Shown piece by piece: positions 26,601 through 36,273 of a DNA stretch of 64,000 nt. The position numbers and the translations under genes are program-made. This stretch comes from Stylophora pistillata. Lineage: Eukaryota. The notes beneath the pieces were generated by a model. The model worked only from the letters and a program-made list of their open reading frames with translations, did no database searches and was not told the origin of the DNA. The stretch is from assembly GCF_002571385.2 (NCBI RefSeq), contig NW_019217917.1, positions 133,906-197,905 on the forward strand, written 5' to 3'. Each line of letters begins with the position of its first letter. The stretch's first letter is position 1.

Positions 26601-29600
26601 AAGTTACCAAAAAGTCTGGAGACAAACTAAAACTTCACGTTTCCAGAAAGATCTCGGGAAAACCTATGGCTTGTGAGTTCAAGGTATGGTCATCTGGTAA
26701 TGATTTTAGATGAAACGTCTGCAGATAAAAAGTGATGCTTCAAAAAAAATTGTTACGGGCTTGGTACAAAGAAGAAGAAACAGGTCGAGAATTCTAACCA
26801 CAGCCAGTTTCGATATCTTTTAGGTTTATGTGTTGGGAAAAAAAATTCACAAAATTATTGACTTTTTTCTCGTGACTCCAAATTTTCTTACAACTCAAGT
26901 CTTGGGTCCATGAGCTCAAACAATGATTCCTCTCTGGCTGATTCGAGCTCTGATCTCTGTGGCAACAGATTCACTGGGTACGGCCTCTTTATGCCCGAAC
27001 TCTTTAAAATTGTTGCTGTATTTTTATTACTTGTCGCTTTCTGGCGTCAAATGAACACTGATACTGTGAAGCGTAGCTTTAAGCACCCTCTTGCGTTGGA
27101 CTTCCCCCAGAAGGTGAACCTTCCTGGAAGCCACATTAAGTTACAATTATAAAATATCGAATTATTTCATATTTTTTTTTCTCGCTTCTGTTTCAGCCCA
27201 CGAGATACACTGACTCCGAATCTGACACAGTTGTACTAAGACGCCTCTCACGTGGTAATGGCGACAACCGACTGTCACTCGTATCAAATGACAGCTCAAT
27301 ATCTCGTGACTCCAAATTTTCTTACAACTCAAGTCTTGGGTCCATGAGCTCAAACAATGATTCCTCTCTGGCTGATTCGAGCTCTGATCTCTATGGCAAC
27401 AGATTCACTGGGTACGGCCTCTTTATGCCCGACAGGCATCGAACTCCAACTACCTTTTACAGCCCTTCGTCTGACACTCAATTAGAAACAATCATTGCTG
27501 ATGATTGGCCGGAGGTAGGGACTGGGAACGATTCTCAGACTTCCACGGACGCAAAGGAAAGCGATTCGCATGACCACAGCACTCTAAAACCCAACATTCG
27601 GTCGCCAATGAACCGAAAATTTGTCAGCACGTCGCAATTGCAGTCGGGAACGTTTTTGACGCCGATGGGTGCAGACGGAACATTAGTTCGGGCCCAGTCT
27701 ACTATCACTGCCGTTCGGGTGGACGATGATGGATTGACTTCGAACTTAACGAGATCCTCTACTTGTGGAACGACTGTTCCTTTGGGAAGAAGGTAATCAG
27801 AATTAAGATCTTCTACGAGTCAGACCCTCTACTCCTAAAAATGCTGCATGCAACAGTCAAGTGTGAAATTTTTAGTCAAAACTGTCTGTGAATCCCTTAT
27901 GGTTGGGCTCAGAAAGCAATTCTACGCTGTGAAGGACCGAATGTTTCACTCGTTCCTTTAAAAAGGTTATATTGAATTATAGTCGGGTATTAGTAACAGT
28001 AGCTGATTGTTAAAGATGAAATTGTAATTTAGAATGGTAAATAACGGTCTTCATCATCACCATCATCATCTTTAATAGTAACATCCTCGTGAGGTTTTTC
28101 AGAAACTATTTACAAACTTTTTACAATTTATAAATCATAAATAACGATAAAACTCATGGTCAGAATTTAAGATAGTATTCCACCAAGTTCTAGAGCTCAT
28201 AAAGGAAATTTCTGCCTCAATAGTGTGTCTTGCAGAGGGCGCTTGAAAGATCCCAATGAGGCATTTTGCCTAAGTTCTTTATGCAGAATTTTTTTCGCAA
28301 AACGTTTGTTGCACAAACCAGTAACAAAAACAGATCTTAGCAGTCAGCTTGTCACGACCAGAAAGAATCGCGTTAAAATTAACGAAGGTTACGGGTGCAT
28401 TTTTTTTCAAAGGAGAGATAGCTTACTTTTGTATGTTGCTCACTTTCACCTTGTCAACCTCAAGAGTGAAAAATAAATTTCTTCATACAATGTTCATTTA
28501 TTTTCAAGCAAAGAGTGACCAAAGGAGAGAAAACTATCACTTCGGGTAAATCATTTGATTTCGCACTGCATCTAATCAAAACTCTAACCAAATTCTCTAA
28601 CGTGATTGGTTATCACCAGCCCGATTTGAGTACTAATAGGACAGGGTACGCGTCAAGCTTGCAATAGTCCCTTTTGCAGTTGTGGGCCTGGTGGCCAAGC
28701 CTTTGAACAGGAGTGAGGCTAAGGGTGACCCTGTTGTGATAGAGACCTGTATCTAGTTAGCATGATAACAAAGTAATTTGCATTTGAAAAGCAGCAACAT
28801 CTCTATCATAACAAGGTCACCCTTAGCCTCACTCCTGTTCAAAGGCTTGGCCACCAAGCCCACAACTGTAAAAAGGACTATTGGACAGTGTAAAAGGAGA
28901 GTAAAAGGGATAGTTAATACGTCATATCTGTGTACGTGGACAGTACGCGTCATGTGCGCCCGCTTTTGCCGTGCATTTCGCCGAGTGAATTGTTGTTGTT
29001 TTTATATTTAATGAAAACGTATAACCGATGTCTAGTTTCTTTCTCGAATTTTGTCATAGTTTTGTTTAATTGGTAACAGAACTTCGAGTCGTCCGATTCT
29101 GTCTGCAATAATACTCGTGATAAAAAAAAATCGGATTCTCGCCTCGCGGTTGTCCGATTTTCTTTATCGCTCGTATAATTACAGAACGAATAGTCCATTT
29201 TACAGTTGTGTGCTTGGTTGCCAAGCCTTTGAATGGGAGTGAGGCTAGGGTTGACCTTGTTATGATACAAACCTCGCTGCCTTACAAATGTAAATAACTT
29301 TGTTATCATGCTAAGTAGATACAGGTCTCTATCACAACGAGGTCACCTTCAGCCTCACTCTGAATCAAAGGCTTGGCAACTAAGTACACAACTGTAAAAT
29401 GGCCTTTTGGACTCCCACTCGTTCGTATTACCAAGATTCATTCTCACATCTATTATAAGAAATGTAAGACAGACAGTGGGGGCAATTGTTGTTTTCTAGA
29501 TCTTGGGAATAAAAAAAAAGTTAATAACCAATGTCACTTGATTCTTTCCAGTCCTCGTGTAATGCGCTTCGAGAAGAAATCGTTGGATGATCTCGGAGTA

Positions 29601-32146
29601 GAAGTGTCTGGTGGTTACCGCATTGGTATTTACGTCATCGAATTACAAGAAAACTCAATCTGCAAGGCCGCTGGCCTCCAAGTTGGAGATAGGCTGCTGA
29701 AAGTAAAAAAGATGATGAATTTTTTTTTTCTCCTCCCTTTTGTAAGGTGGTGTTTTTATTTGACAATTTTTTTCTTTACCAGGATGGCTTAACTTCGTAT
29801 GTGAAATCTATGTTTACTACCACAAACACACAATATTTATCAGGAAACTTGTGACCAACATTGTGGAAACTCGTTACATTTAGAATTATCGTCTGGAAAA
29901 ACTAAACAGATATAAATGCAAGATTAAAAAAATTACTAAAATAAATGCAAAAGTGAATAAGCAAAATAATGAAAAAAAAAAAAAAAACATCAAAAAGTAG
30001 ATTTGATGTCAGTTTTATGTTTGCCAGGGAAGATTTACTTTATTGCCTTGAATCAAAAAGAAACCTCGACAAAGCTTTGTTGCTATATGAGCTCAATTTT
30101 AACATAACTGTTTGACCCCTCCTACTCATCAGCTCAACAGTTACGATCTAACCAGAGCAACCCTGGATCACGCTACACGGATTGTTCGTCTTTTACGCAC
30201 CTGCACGTATATCAGAATCGAGGCTCAACAAGTCTTAAGTAAGTCTCGCATAACATCCATGATTTTACTACTATTTAAGGCCGTGAAACCCTCTTCTAAG
30301 TTCCAACTCAATTTTTGTAGAAGTTTCAGCTGATTTGGAAGGGCCCGTTTCTCGAAAGTCCCGGTAACTTAACGGGCCCGTAAAGCTTTTTTGTTTTCAT
30401 TCAAGATGGTGATTTCAAAAGTTTTGGAAATGATACAATGAAACTATCAGCTAATGAAACAGAAGGGACTGGTTTGGGCGCCAGCACCTGCTTTTTTATT
30501 CTTGAAATTTATATTTTAAAACATGGCTTGGGGCCCGTTAAATTACCGGGACTTTCGATAAACGGACTCCAGGTCCGGGATGGCGACGAAAAGTCCGAAA
30601 AACTCGATAATAATTTTCACAACTGTCTGAAATGAACTACTGTAAACCAGTAGCCACAATTGGGAATAAAATTTACCGCCACACAAAGCTTGATGATGCC
30701 TCTGAGCTCTTCAAATGACAAGTTTCTCCAGTGAACATCTCATGCTTTCCTCATTCTTACACGTTTCTCACACAAGCATCCGTCCTGGATATATAGGGCA
30801 GCTTGATCCAATTTATTGTCGTTCTTTTAGTTTAAATTCTTAAATCGTCACACAAGTTTATGTTTTTCTGTTCAATTCTAATTAAGCGATTATTCTTATA
30901 TTAGATTACGAGGAGATCCTCGGAGACAAACCTTACGATTCACTTTATGTTAGGTGGGTAAATTGATAGCGTAGTAAAATACTTTTTAATGCATGAAACG
31001 ATTAAGCTTTTAAATATCCTTAGCTGGTTTAATAGTAGGACGACCGAAGTGGGGTAAAATTACGAGAGCAAATCACGCTGCTGGGAGCCAATCAAATAGC
31101 GTGATTTTGAAATGGTTGTATCTAATGACAGTATTTCCCTCACCTATCCACGCTGTCGATGTAGGAATTCCCAGTTGGAAGGAGTTGCTTGACATTTTAA
31201 GTTCAAGGTAACGAGATCAAAGATTCAGTAGAAGTATGCAATTAGTTAGCTGATGATTTAAAGGGGTTTAACTCAGATCTTTTTTCGTACAGGACAATTC
31301 ACCCATATAAGGCAATGGCTCCAGACGAGCTAAGTTTTACTGTTGGAGAAACATTGCACGTGATAAACACGCGTGCAAATTACGACCAGGCGAGACAAAG
31401 CTGGAAGTGGGTGGCTCAGCGTGCCAGGAAGGACGGGAAGGTTCTTGAGGAAGGACTGGTGCCCTGCATGGGAAGGTAAACAGAATTGATTATCTCACTT
31501 ACAAGAATGCAAGCCAAGAGTCAATGGAAGACTGAAGGCAACCTCAAATGGTACATGTAGAATTGTCTTCCTTTAAATTGGTGGCAACCTGGAGTAATAA
31601 CGATTTTTTGACAATTTAAATTGGCTGTGTCTACGTGGAAGGAATAACTGGCCTATCAAGAAAAAATTGTTAGGGAAGAAAGATAGGAAGATTTGGTGTA
31701 CGGTTAGGAAAAGTAAAACAAACCATTATGGATTAGGATACAAGAAAAAAAAATTATGATTAAAAAAAATATATATATCTATTCGGGGAAATTGATTTTA
31801 AATTTGACATCAGACGCAATAGTAGTTTTCATTCTCATCTAACTTGCAGAAGCAATGATTTACATCTTCCTCGCGTGCATACCAATTGGGGCAAGCAAAC
31901 TTTCATTTATCAAGCCTCTAAGGACTGGAAAAACTTAGACAATGACATTAAATACAGCAAATCATTGTCCCTCTTTAAGGCAAAGCTTAAAAGTTTGTAA
32001 CTAATGCGCTATCTCATTGTTGCGTTATTTAAAATTAATTTAATATTGTTATATCAATTTTTTTTTCCCTCGGTAATTTTATTATTTGCGGGACCCCACT
32101 GAAAACCGCCAAGGCGATTGGGCTCCCTGGATAAATATCATCATCA

Positions 32147-32179
<33 letters not shown>

Positions 32180-33252
32180 TAGTTCTAACAGGTTGAAATC
32201 TCGCGACAAAATTGATCGATGGCATTGTCAAAAATACAAACACACGTGCATACACCTTGACGTGACTAGTTACAGTATTTCAGCCGGTACCACAAATGTT
32301 AATGATTTTTAACTTAAAGTTAACTCGTTGTAAGTCAACTGGCCAGTTTTAATCATTTACTTAATTTTATACCGATATCTTCAGTATTCCAGAACATGTT
32401 GAGTCTGCAGTCCTGACACAAACTCTTCAGCGCTTTGAATCTGAGTCAGAGGAACAAATGAGTGACGACGCACCATCCACTTTGAAGAGAGCGTCAACTG
32501 AACGCCGAAGTATCATACAGCGATACCGCAAGCTCATGAAACGCGAGAGTAGAGATTTACCCAACAACACGGACGAAAACGGTAAGAGCATTCTTTGCCA
32601 ATTACTCATAGCTCAATATTTTCATCACCATGGTATCGACACCGAATATTAAAGTGCCTTTTATCTCGATATAGTATGCTTCAGTTGGCTTTAAATCGCG
32701 CTGATACCTCCGCCAAAAGAAGAAAAAATATCGCCGCGCTTTCCCCCTTCATTTTTTTACCGTTGCGCAGGTTCAAATTTCCGCAGTCCTCTTGGCCATT
32801 ACCGCGTGAAGAGTGTTTCCTTCCTTCTTTGAGTCTTTTTATGACGTGATGGAAGAAGATTTAATTTTCACAGATAAAGTCGATCTCCCGTGATCATCCT
32901 TTTTCACAATTGTTGATAAAATCACTAAATATGTCAGAAGTAACTTCATAGTCACATTCTTTGGAATGCCTTTTAAATCTTTTACTTCGTGACTTGCCGG
33001 TAATGGCTCGCCTAAGGTCCCAAAATACTCAGTGGTGATGGAGGTAAAGCCAAACTTCAGACCAATGCAGGAACGCGAGGATCTCACCCACAAGGATAAT
33101 TTCTTCACAGAAAATCTTAAAAGGATAAGAAGACTCCAGACGTTGAATAAAATTAGGGTTAGTTGAACTTTTTAACATACTTAATTTTCTCCCACCTAGG
33201 TAACACGAACAAAGTGACTTTCTACGAAATCCTTAGCAAGATTTCAGATTGA
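8687..33252 (+). CDS. DLG5-like MAGUK scaffold (coiled coil - PDZ - PDZ - Ser-rich linker - PDZ - SH3, no GUK), ~1184 aa
   Basis: Exons 8687-8792, 12539-12664, 19146-20008, 22425-22982, 23360-23413, 24095-24201, 24657-24759, 25555-25630, 26004-26101, 26555-26683, 27197-27792, 29552-29702, 30133-30238, 30905-30953, 31293-31475, 32385-32581, 33200-33252. All are GT-AG with compatible phases, giving a 3555-nt open frame. PDZ motifs: GLGFECGLYVKDL...LKIGDYVMKVNG and PRVMRFEKKSLDDLGVEVSGG..GIYV..AGLQVGDRLLKLNS. SH3: DSLYVRTIHPYKAMAPDELSFTVGETLHVINT...WKWVAQ...EGLVP. The 5' end is uncertain. Confidence 0.82.
10896..12023. mobile_element. Non-autonomous repeat with ~190-bp terminal hairpin and CCAAT-containing opposite end
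   Basis: Hairpin AACAAATGGTAAACACCACAGCG...CGCTGTGGTGTTTACCATTTGTT plus end GACCAATCAGAGCGCGCGCTTTACTTTGGTTATGTT. Inverted copy at 59693-60400. The local assembly is distorted by the gap. Confidence 0.65.
12750..12977. mobile_element. MITE with GGGGCCCGTTTCTCGAAAGTC TIRs
   Basis: TIR pair visible; family copies at 30341-30570 and 51107-51297. Confidence 0.75.
13472..13613 (-). repeat. tRNA-derived dispersed repeat (tRNA-Thr(GGT)-like pseudo-cloverleaf)
   Basis: Reverse complement reads TAGCTCAGTTGGTAGAGCACTGCACCGGTATCGCAGAGGTCATGGGTTCAAATCCCGTA. Its flank recurs at 16477-16548. Confidence 0.65.
19146..20008 (+). CDS. Coiled-coil exon of the DLG5-like gene
   Basis: ttctag acceptor and AAG|gtaag donor within ORF 19121-20050; heptad-rich E/K/L sequence. 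Confidence 0.85.
22425..22982 (+). CDS. Second coiled-coil exon of the DLG5-like gene
   Basis: ttgcag acceptor and GAG|gtaac donor; 558 nt, phase 0-0, within ORF 22419-22997. Confidence 0.85.
23581..24019. mobile_element. TTAA-flanked (piggyBac-like) MITE with a nested GGGCCC-type MITE at 23695-23935
   Basis: Ends AAAGGGTTAA. Related copies at ~16256-16728, 25112-25310 and 47419-47622. Nested TIRs GGGCCCAGATGTTCGAAGGC/GCTTTGAACAATCCGGCC. Confidence 0.55.
26868..26998 (+). repeat. Intronic 131-bp duplicate of coding exon sequence 27302-27432
   Basis: Identical except one base (TGT vs TAT codon). Confidence 0.9.
28666..28879. mobile_element. Palindromic MITE with AT TSD, nested in a hairpin-type host repeat (~28590-29433)
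   Basis: AGTCCCTTTTGCAGTTGTGGGC...GCCCACAACTGTAAAAAGGACT flanked by AT. Confidence 0.8.
29192..29405. mobile_element. Second copy of the same MITE in the same host repeat
   Basis: AGTCCATTTTACAGTTGTGTGCTTGGTTGCCAAGCC...GGCTTGGCAACTAAGTACACAACTGTAAAATGGCCT. Confidence 0.75.
29552..31475 (+). CDS. PDZ-SH3 tandem exons (MAGUK core) of the DLG5-like gene
   Basis: Four exons (29552-29702, 30133-30238, 30905-30953, 31293-31475) translate to a PDZ directly followed by a DSLYVR...ELSF...W...G.VP SH3, as in the DLG5/ZO/CARMA PDZ-SH3 tandem. Confidence 0.85.
30341..30570. mobile_element. MITE, same family as 12750
   Basis: GGGCCCGTTTCTCGAAAGTCCCGGTAACTTAACGGGCCC ... GGGCCCGTTAAATTACCGGGACTTTCGATAAACGG. 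Confidence 0.75.
31848..32179 (+). mobile_element. 5'-truncated L2/CR1-group LINE 3' end
   Basis: 31848-32000 translates RSNDLHLPRVHTNWGKQTFIYQASKDWKNLDNDIKYSKSLSLFKAKLKSL*, a typical ORF2 C-terminus. It is followed by a 3' stem-loop and a (CAT)n(TAT)n tail. Confidence 0.75.
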
Positions 33253-36200
33253 TCGTCAGCCATGCTTGATCGTTCCAAGAACACGATGGTTACTTTTTTC
33301 TTATAAAAGTTTCACTAGGATATAAATCGTTGGCATATTTGTTGATCTGGAATCATCAGAGAATGATCAGCTGAAACGGTGCAGTTCGACGCATTGTCCT
33401 CGTTCGACTTGGCAACAGATAGAAGAAAGAATGGTATGACTTAGGAAACTGTTGAAGAGCTACATACTTTACTATTAACTTATTTGTTAGATACCGAAAC
33501 TCTGTACAGGTAAAGCGCATGTTATTGTTAAGGACTGTTAGCGCAAAATAATAATTCTCAGATCTTTATTCATGTTTTCCTTGTAAAGAATAACATCAGT
33601 TAGCCATTAAAATAACAGTGCGAAAAAACAATAACGACGCTGAGATCCATCATTGCTGGTACTCAGAGTAAAAGTAAAAGTTAATAAAAATTAAAAACGA
33701 GGGCGTTGAAACGTGCATCAATTTCTATCAAGATTCCTTATGTTCCAGTTTGAAAATGAGACCCTATATTATGGTGTGATTACCACGCAACCAAATTGAG
33801 GTTTCTGTAGTCCTCCTGAGTATTTAACAATAAGACCATTATTACGGAAATTATTTGTTTAATGACATAGGTGAATATAGATTATTAGTGTGTAATGAAA
33901 GTCTGAGCTATTTGTCTTGAAAAAAATCGCATAGTTACACGTTTGGTACGTAACGCATCCGTTGGGCCTCGGAAATTCCTTAACGTAAGTCATGAATTAG
34001 GACAACCGTAGATGGGAAGATCACCAAATATATACCGCATTTAATGAATCTTACTGCGCTTAAAACAGTCTTGACCTCCCATCTCTCTATTCCAAGGATT
34101 TTCAAGCTCCCTGAACGCGTGGCTCGTATCAGAGGTATTTAATGTACATTGGATGTGATACTTAGTCGAAGATGGTTATATTTAAAACAACAAACCAGAA
34201 TATTTTAGAAGATTTTCATGGTTGTTTCAACGCATGATGTCTCCCCTTGATATTGGTAATATAAGAAATGTATGTTGTCTAACCTTAACATAGATAATAT
34301 AAGAATTTTTTTTTATCAAGGTTACAACTCTCCCATAGAAAGCATATTTTCAATTGGTCATTTCTTATCAAGTTTTGTTTTGATGTTCATTGAGTAAATG
34401 TCGGAAAGTGAAATAGACATTTTTTTAATGAACAAGAAGATATCCAAAAATAATTTAAGTTCTTTCTCATAGGTGTATTTGTTCTTGTTTTTCTTATTCT
34501 ATGGAATACATTAAAAATGAGGATTATTTTTAAAGTGAAGTTACTTCTTGGTGTGTGATGTTGCATTGCTATTGGAGAAATCAAAAGTAGTTAAAAAAAA
34601 TCGAAACAAAACAGCCAAACAAGCGTAAAAACGAACAATTAAACAGACCAAAGGAAGAACACAAACCAGGACTGTCGTCTTGCAGTGCTGGCTGACCCTG
34701 GCGCCTTATTTTCGCTTTTAGGTGACTCAGGAATCTTAGTTTCTTTATAAAAAGCATATGCTGGGCACCCTGAATTTCACAGTTTCAGAGCGCTGGGATC
34801 CCTTCAATTTTTATTAGAGCACAGCCTTGTAAACAAAAAAACAGTACTAGGGATGGCGAGCGTCTGCTCGCCCCCAAGTCCTATGGCTATTTCAAAGCAT
34901 GGGATTCTGCTGTCACTATCGCTTCAACACCGTTCGCTTTTTTTTTTTTTTTTTCCTGTCGGTTAAATTATACTAAGAGTTGCGATGATCGGTCGAAGTT
35001 GGCTAAGAATGGCAATGGCGAATGGCATAAGAATATAGAGAAGATTAAAGCAAATTACAGTGAAGCATAAGTTGCAGAATAGGGGCTTTAGTTTTAGAGA
35101 TGGATCAACAGCGACGTACATAACTAAAGAAAGTGGAATCTTTAACGAAACTTTTTTTTTTATCTGAACATCTTCGAAAGCCATGCATAATCTATAGTTC
35201 TTCCCTCGTTCGATTTTGTTCATGAATCAGTTCTTATGAATTTAAAGCAGCATCGCCGGGTGATGATGGAGATGGAAGCATGTTGCTGGTTGCTAACAAT
35301 CTAGAGATGCAACATTTCAGTAGAGTCAGTTAAGGAGAGGAAGGGTGGTGTAAGGCAGTTGCGCGGCACGATCTTGTGTCTCGAGCTAAAACCACGGAGA
35401 ATAAAGTTCCTTTTGCCAGTACTAATTTTCAGCGTAAAGTTGCGATTTTGTTATGTTTCTATCGAGTGTCATGATCTTCCAAGCTTGTTAAGGCAAGCAC
35501 CTAAAATATCCAAGCGATCAGCGTGAAAACTCTGACAAAGAAGCTTAATTAAACGCAGTTATATCATGTCGACAGGCAATAGGGGTCTTTTAAATCCTAA
35601 ATAAACGCGCAATACTGCCAGTGCTTAAGCTAGAAAAGAAAAGAACTGAAAACCAATGCAAACACACGCATACAGATGAAAGGAAGGATCCTTGAATTCA
35701 CGCGTTGTTTGCATTTCCAGACAGCGTTCGTTTCATTTAGGCATCGTGTCAAGTTGTCATGAGATGCCCTTTGTTCGAGAAGTAAGAAAAGGTAAACGAG
35801 GTAATGTAGCTCTGTATTTTCATTATAATGTACAGCTCTTAGCAGTGAAAGAATTTCAACTATATCGTTGACATAAGCCCAAGGCTATGTCCACAAAGGG
35901 CTTATGATTTGGAATACATGCATAGTAAATGTCTGCAACTGAAGGATTTCGCAGAAAGGTGACTAGTTGGACAGAATAACATCACGTCGCGTGGCACGCA
36001 GCTTGTTTTCTTGAGCAAAATATCGATCTTTGCCACCGTAAGAAGTTAAGTGGTGACCATTACGCTGGAAAACCTAAAAATGATTAGTTTTGGGGATAGA
36101 AAACTTGTCAAACATGACAACACTTGTTGACAAGTCCTATATTGCAAGGAAGCCTGATACAGTATTTTGGAAGCACATAGACGAGTCATCACTTGAACGC

Positions 36201-36273
36201 TGGGAATTCAGCTGAATATTCAGTATCTCCATATCCTTGAAGTCTAATAGAGTGGATTGCTGCCGTAGCAATT

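Noticed and set aside
28509-28545. Possible small exon (SDQRRENYHFG) in the MAGUK gene
   Set aside because: The good acceptor is out of phase with donor 27792, and the model is already in frame without it.
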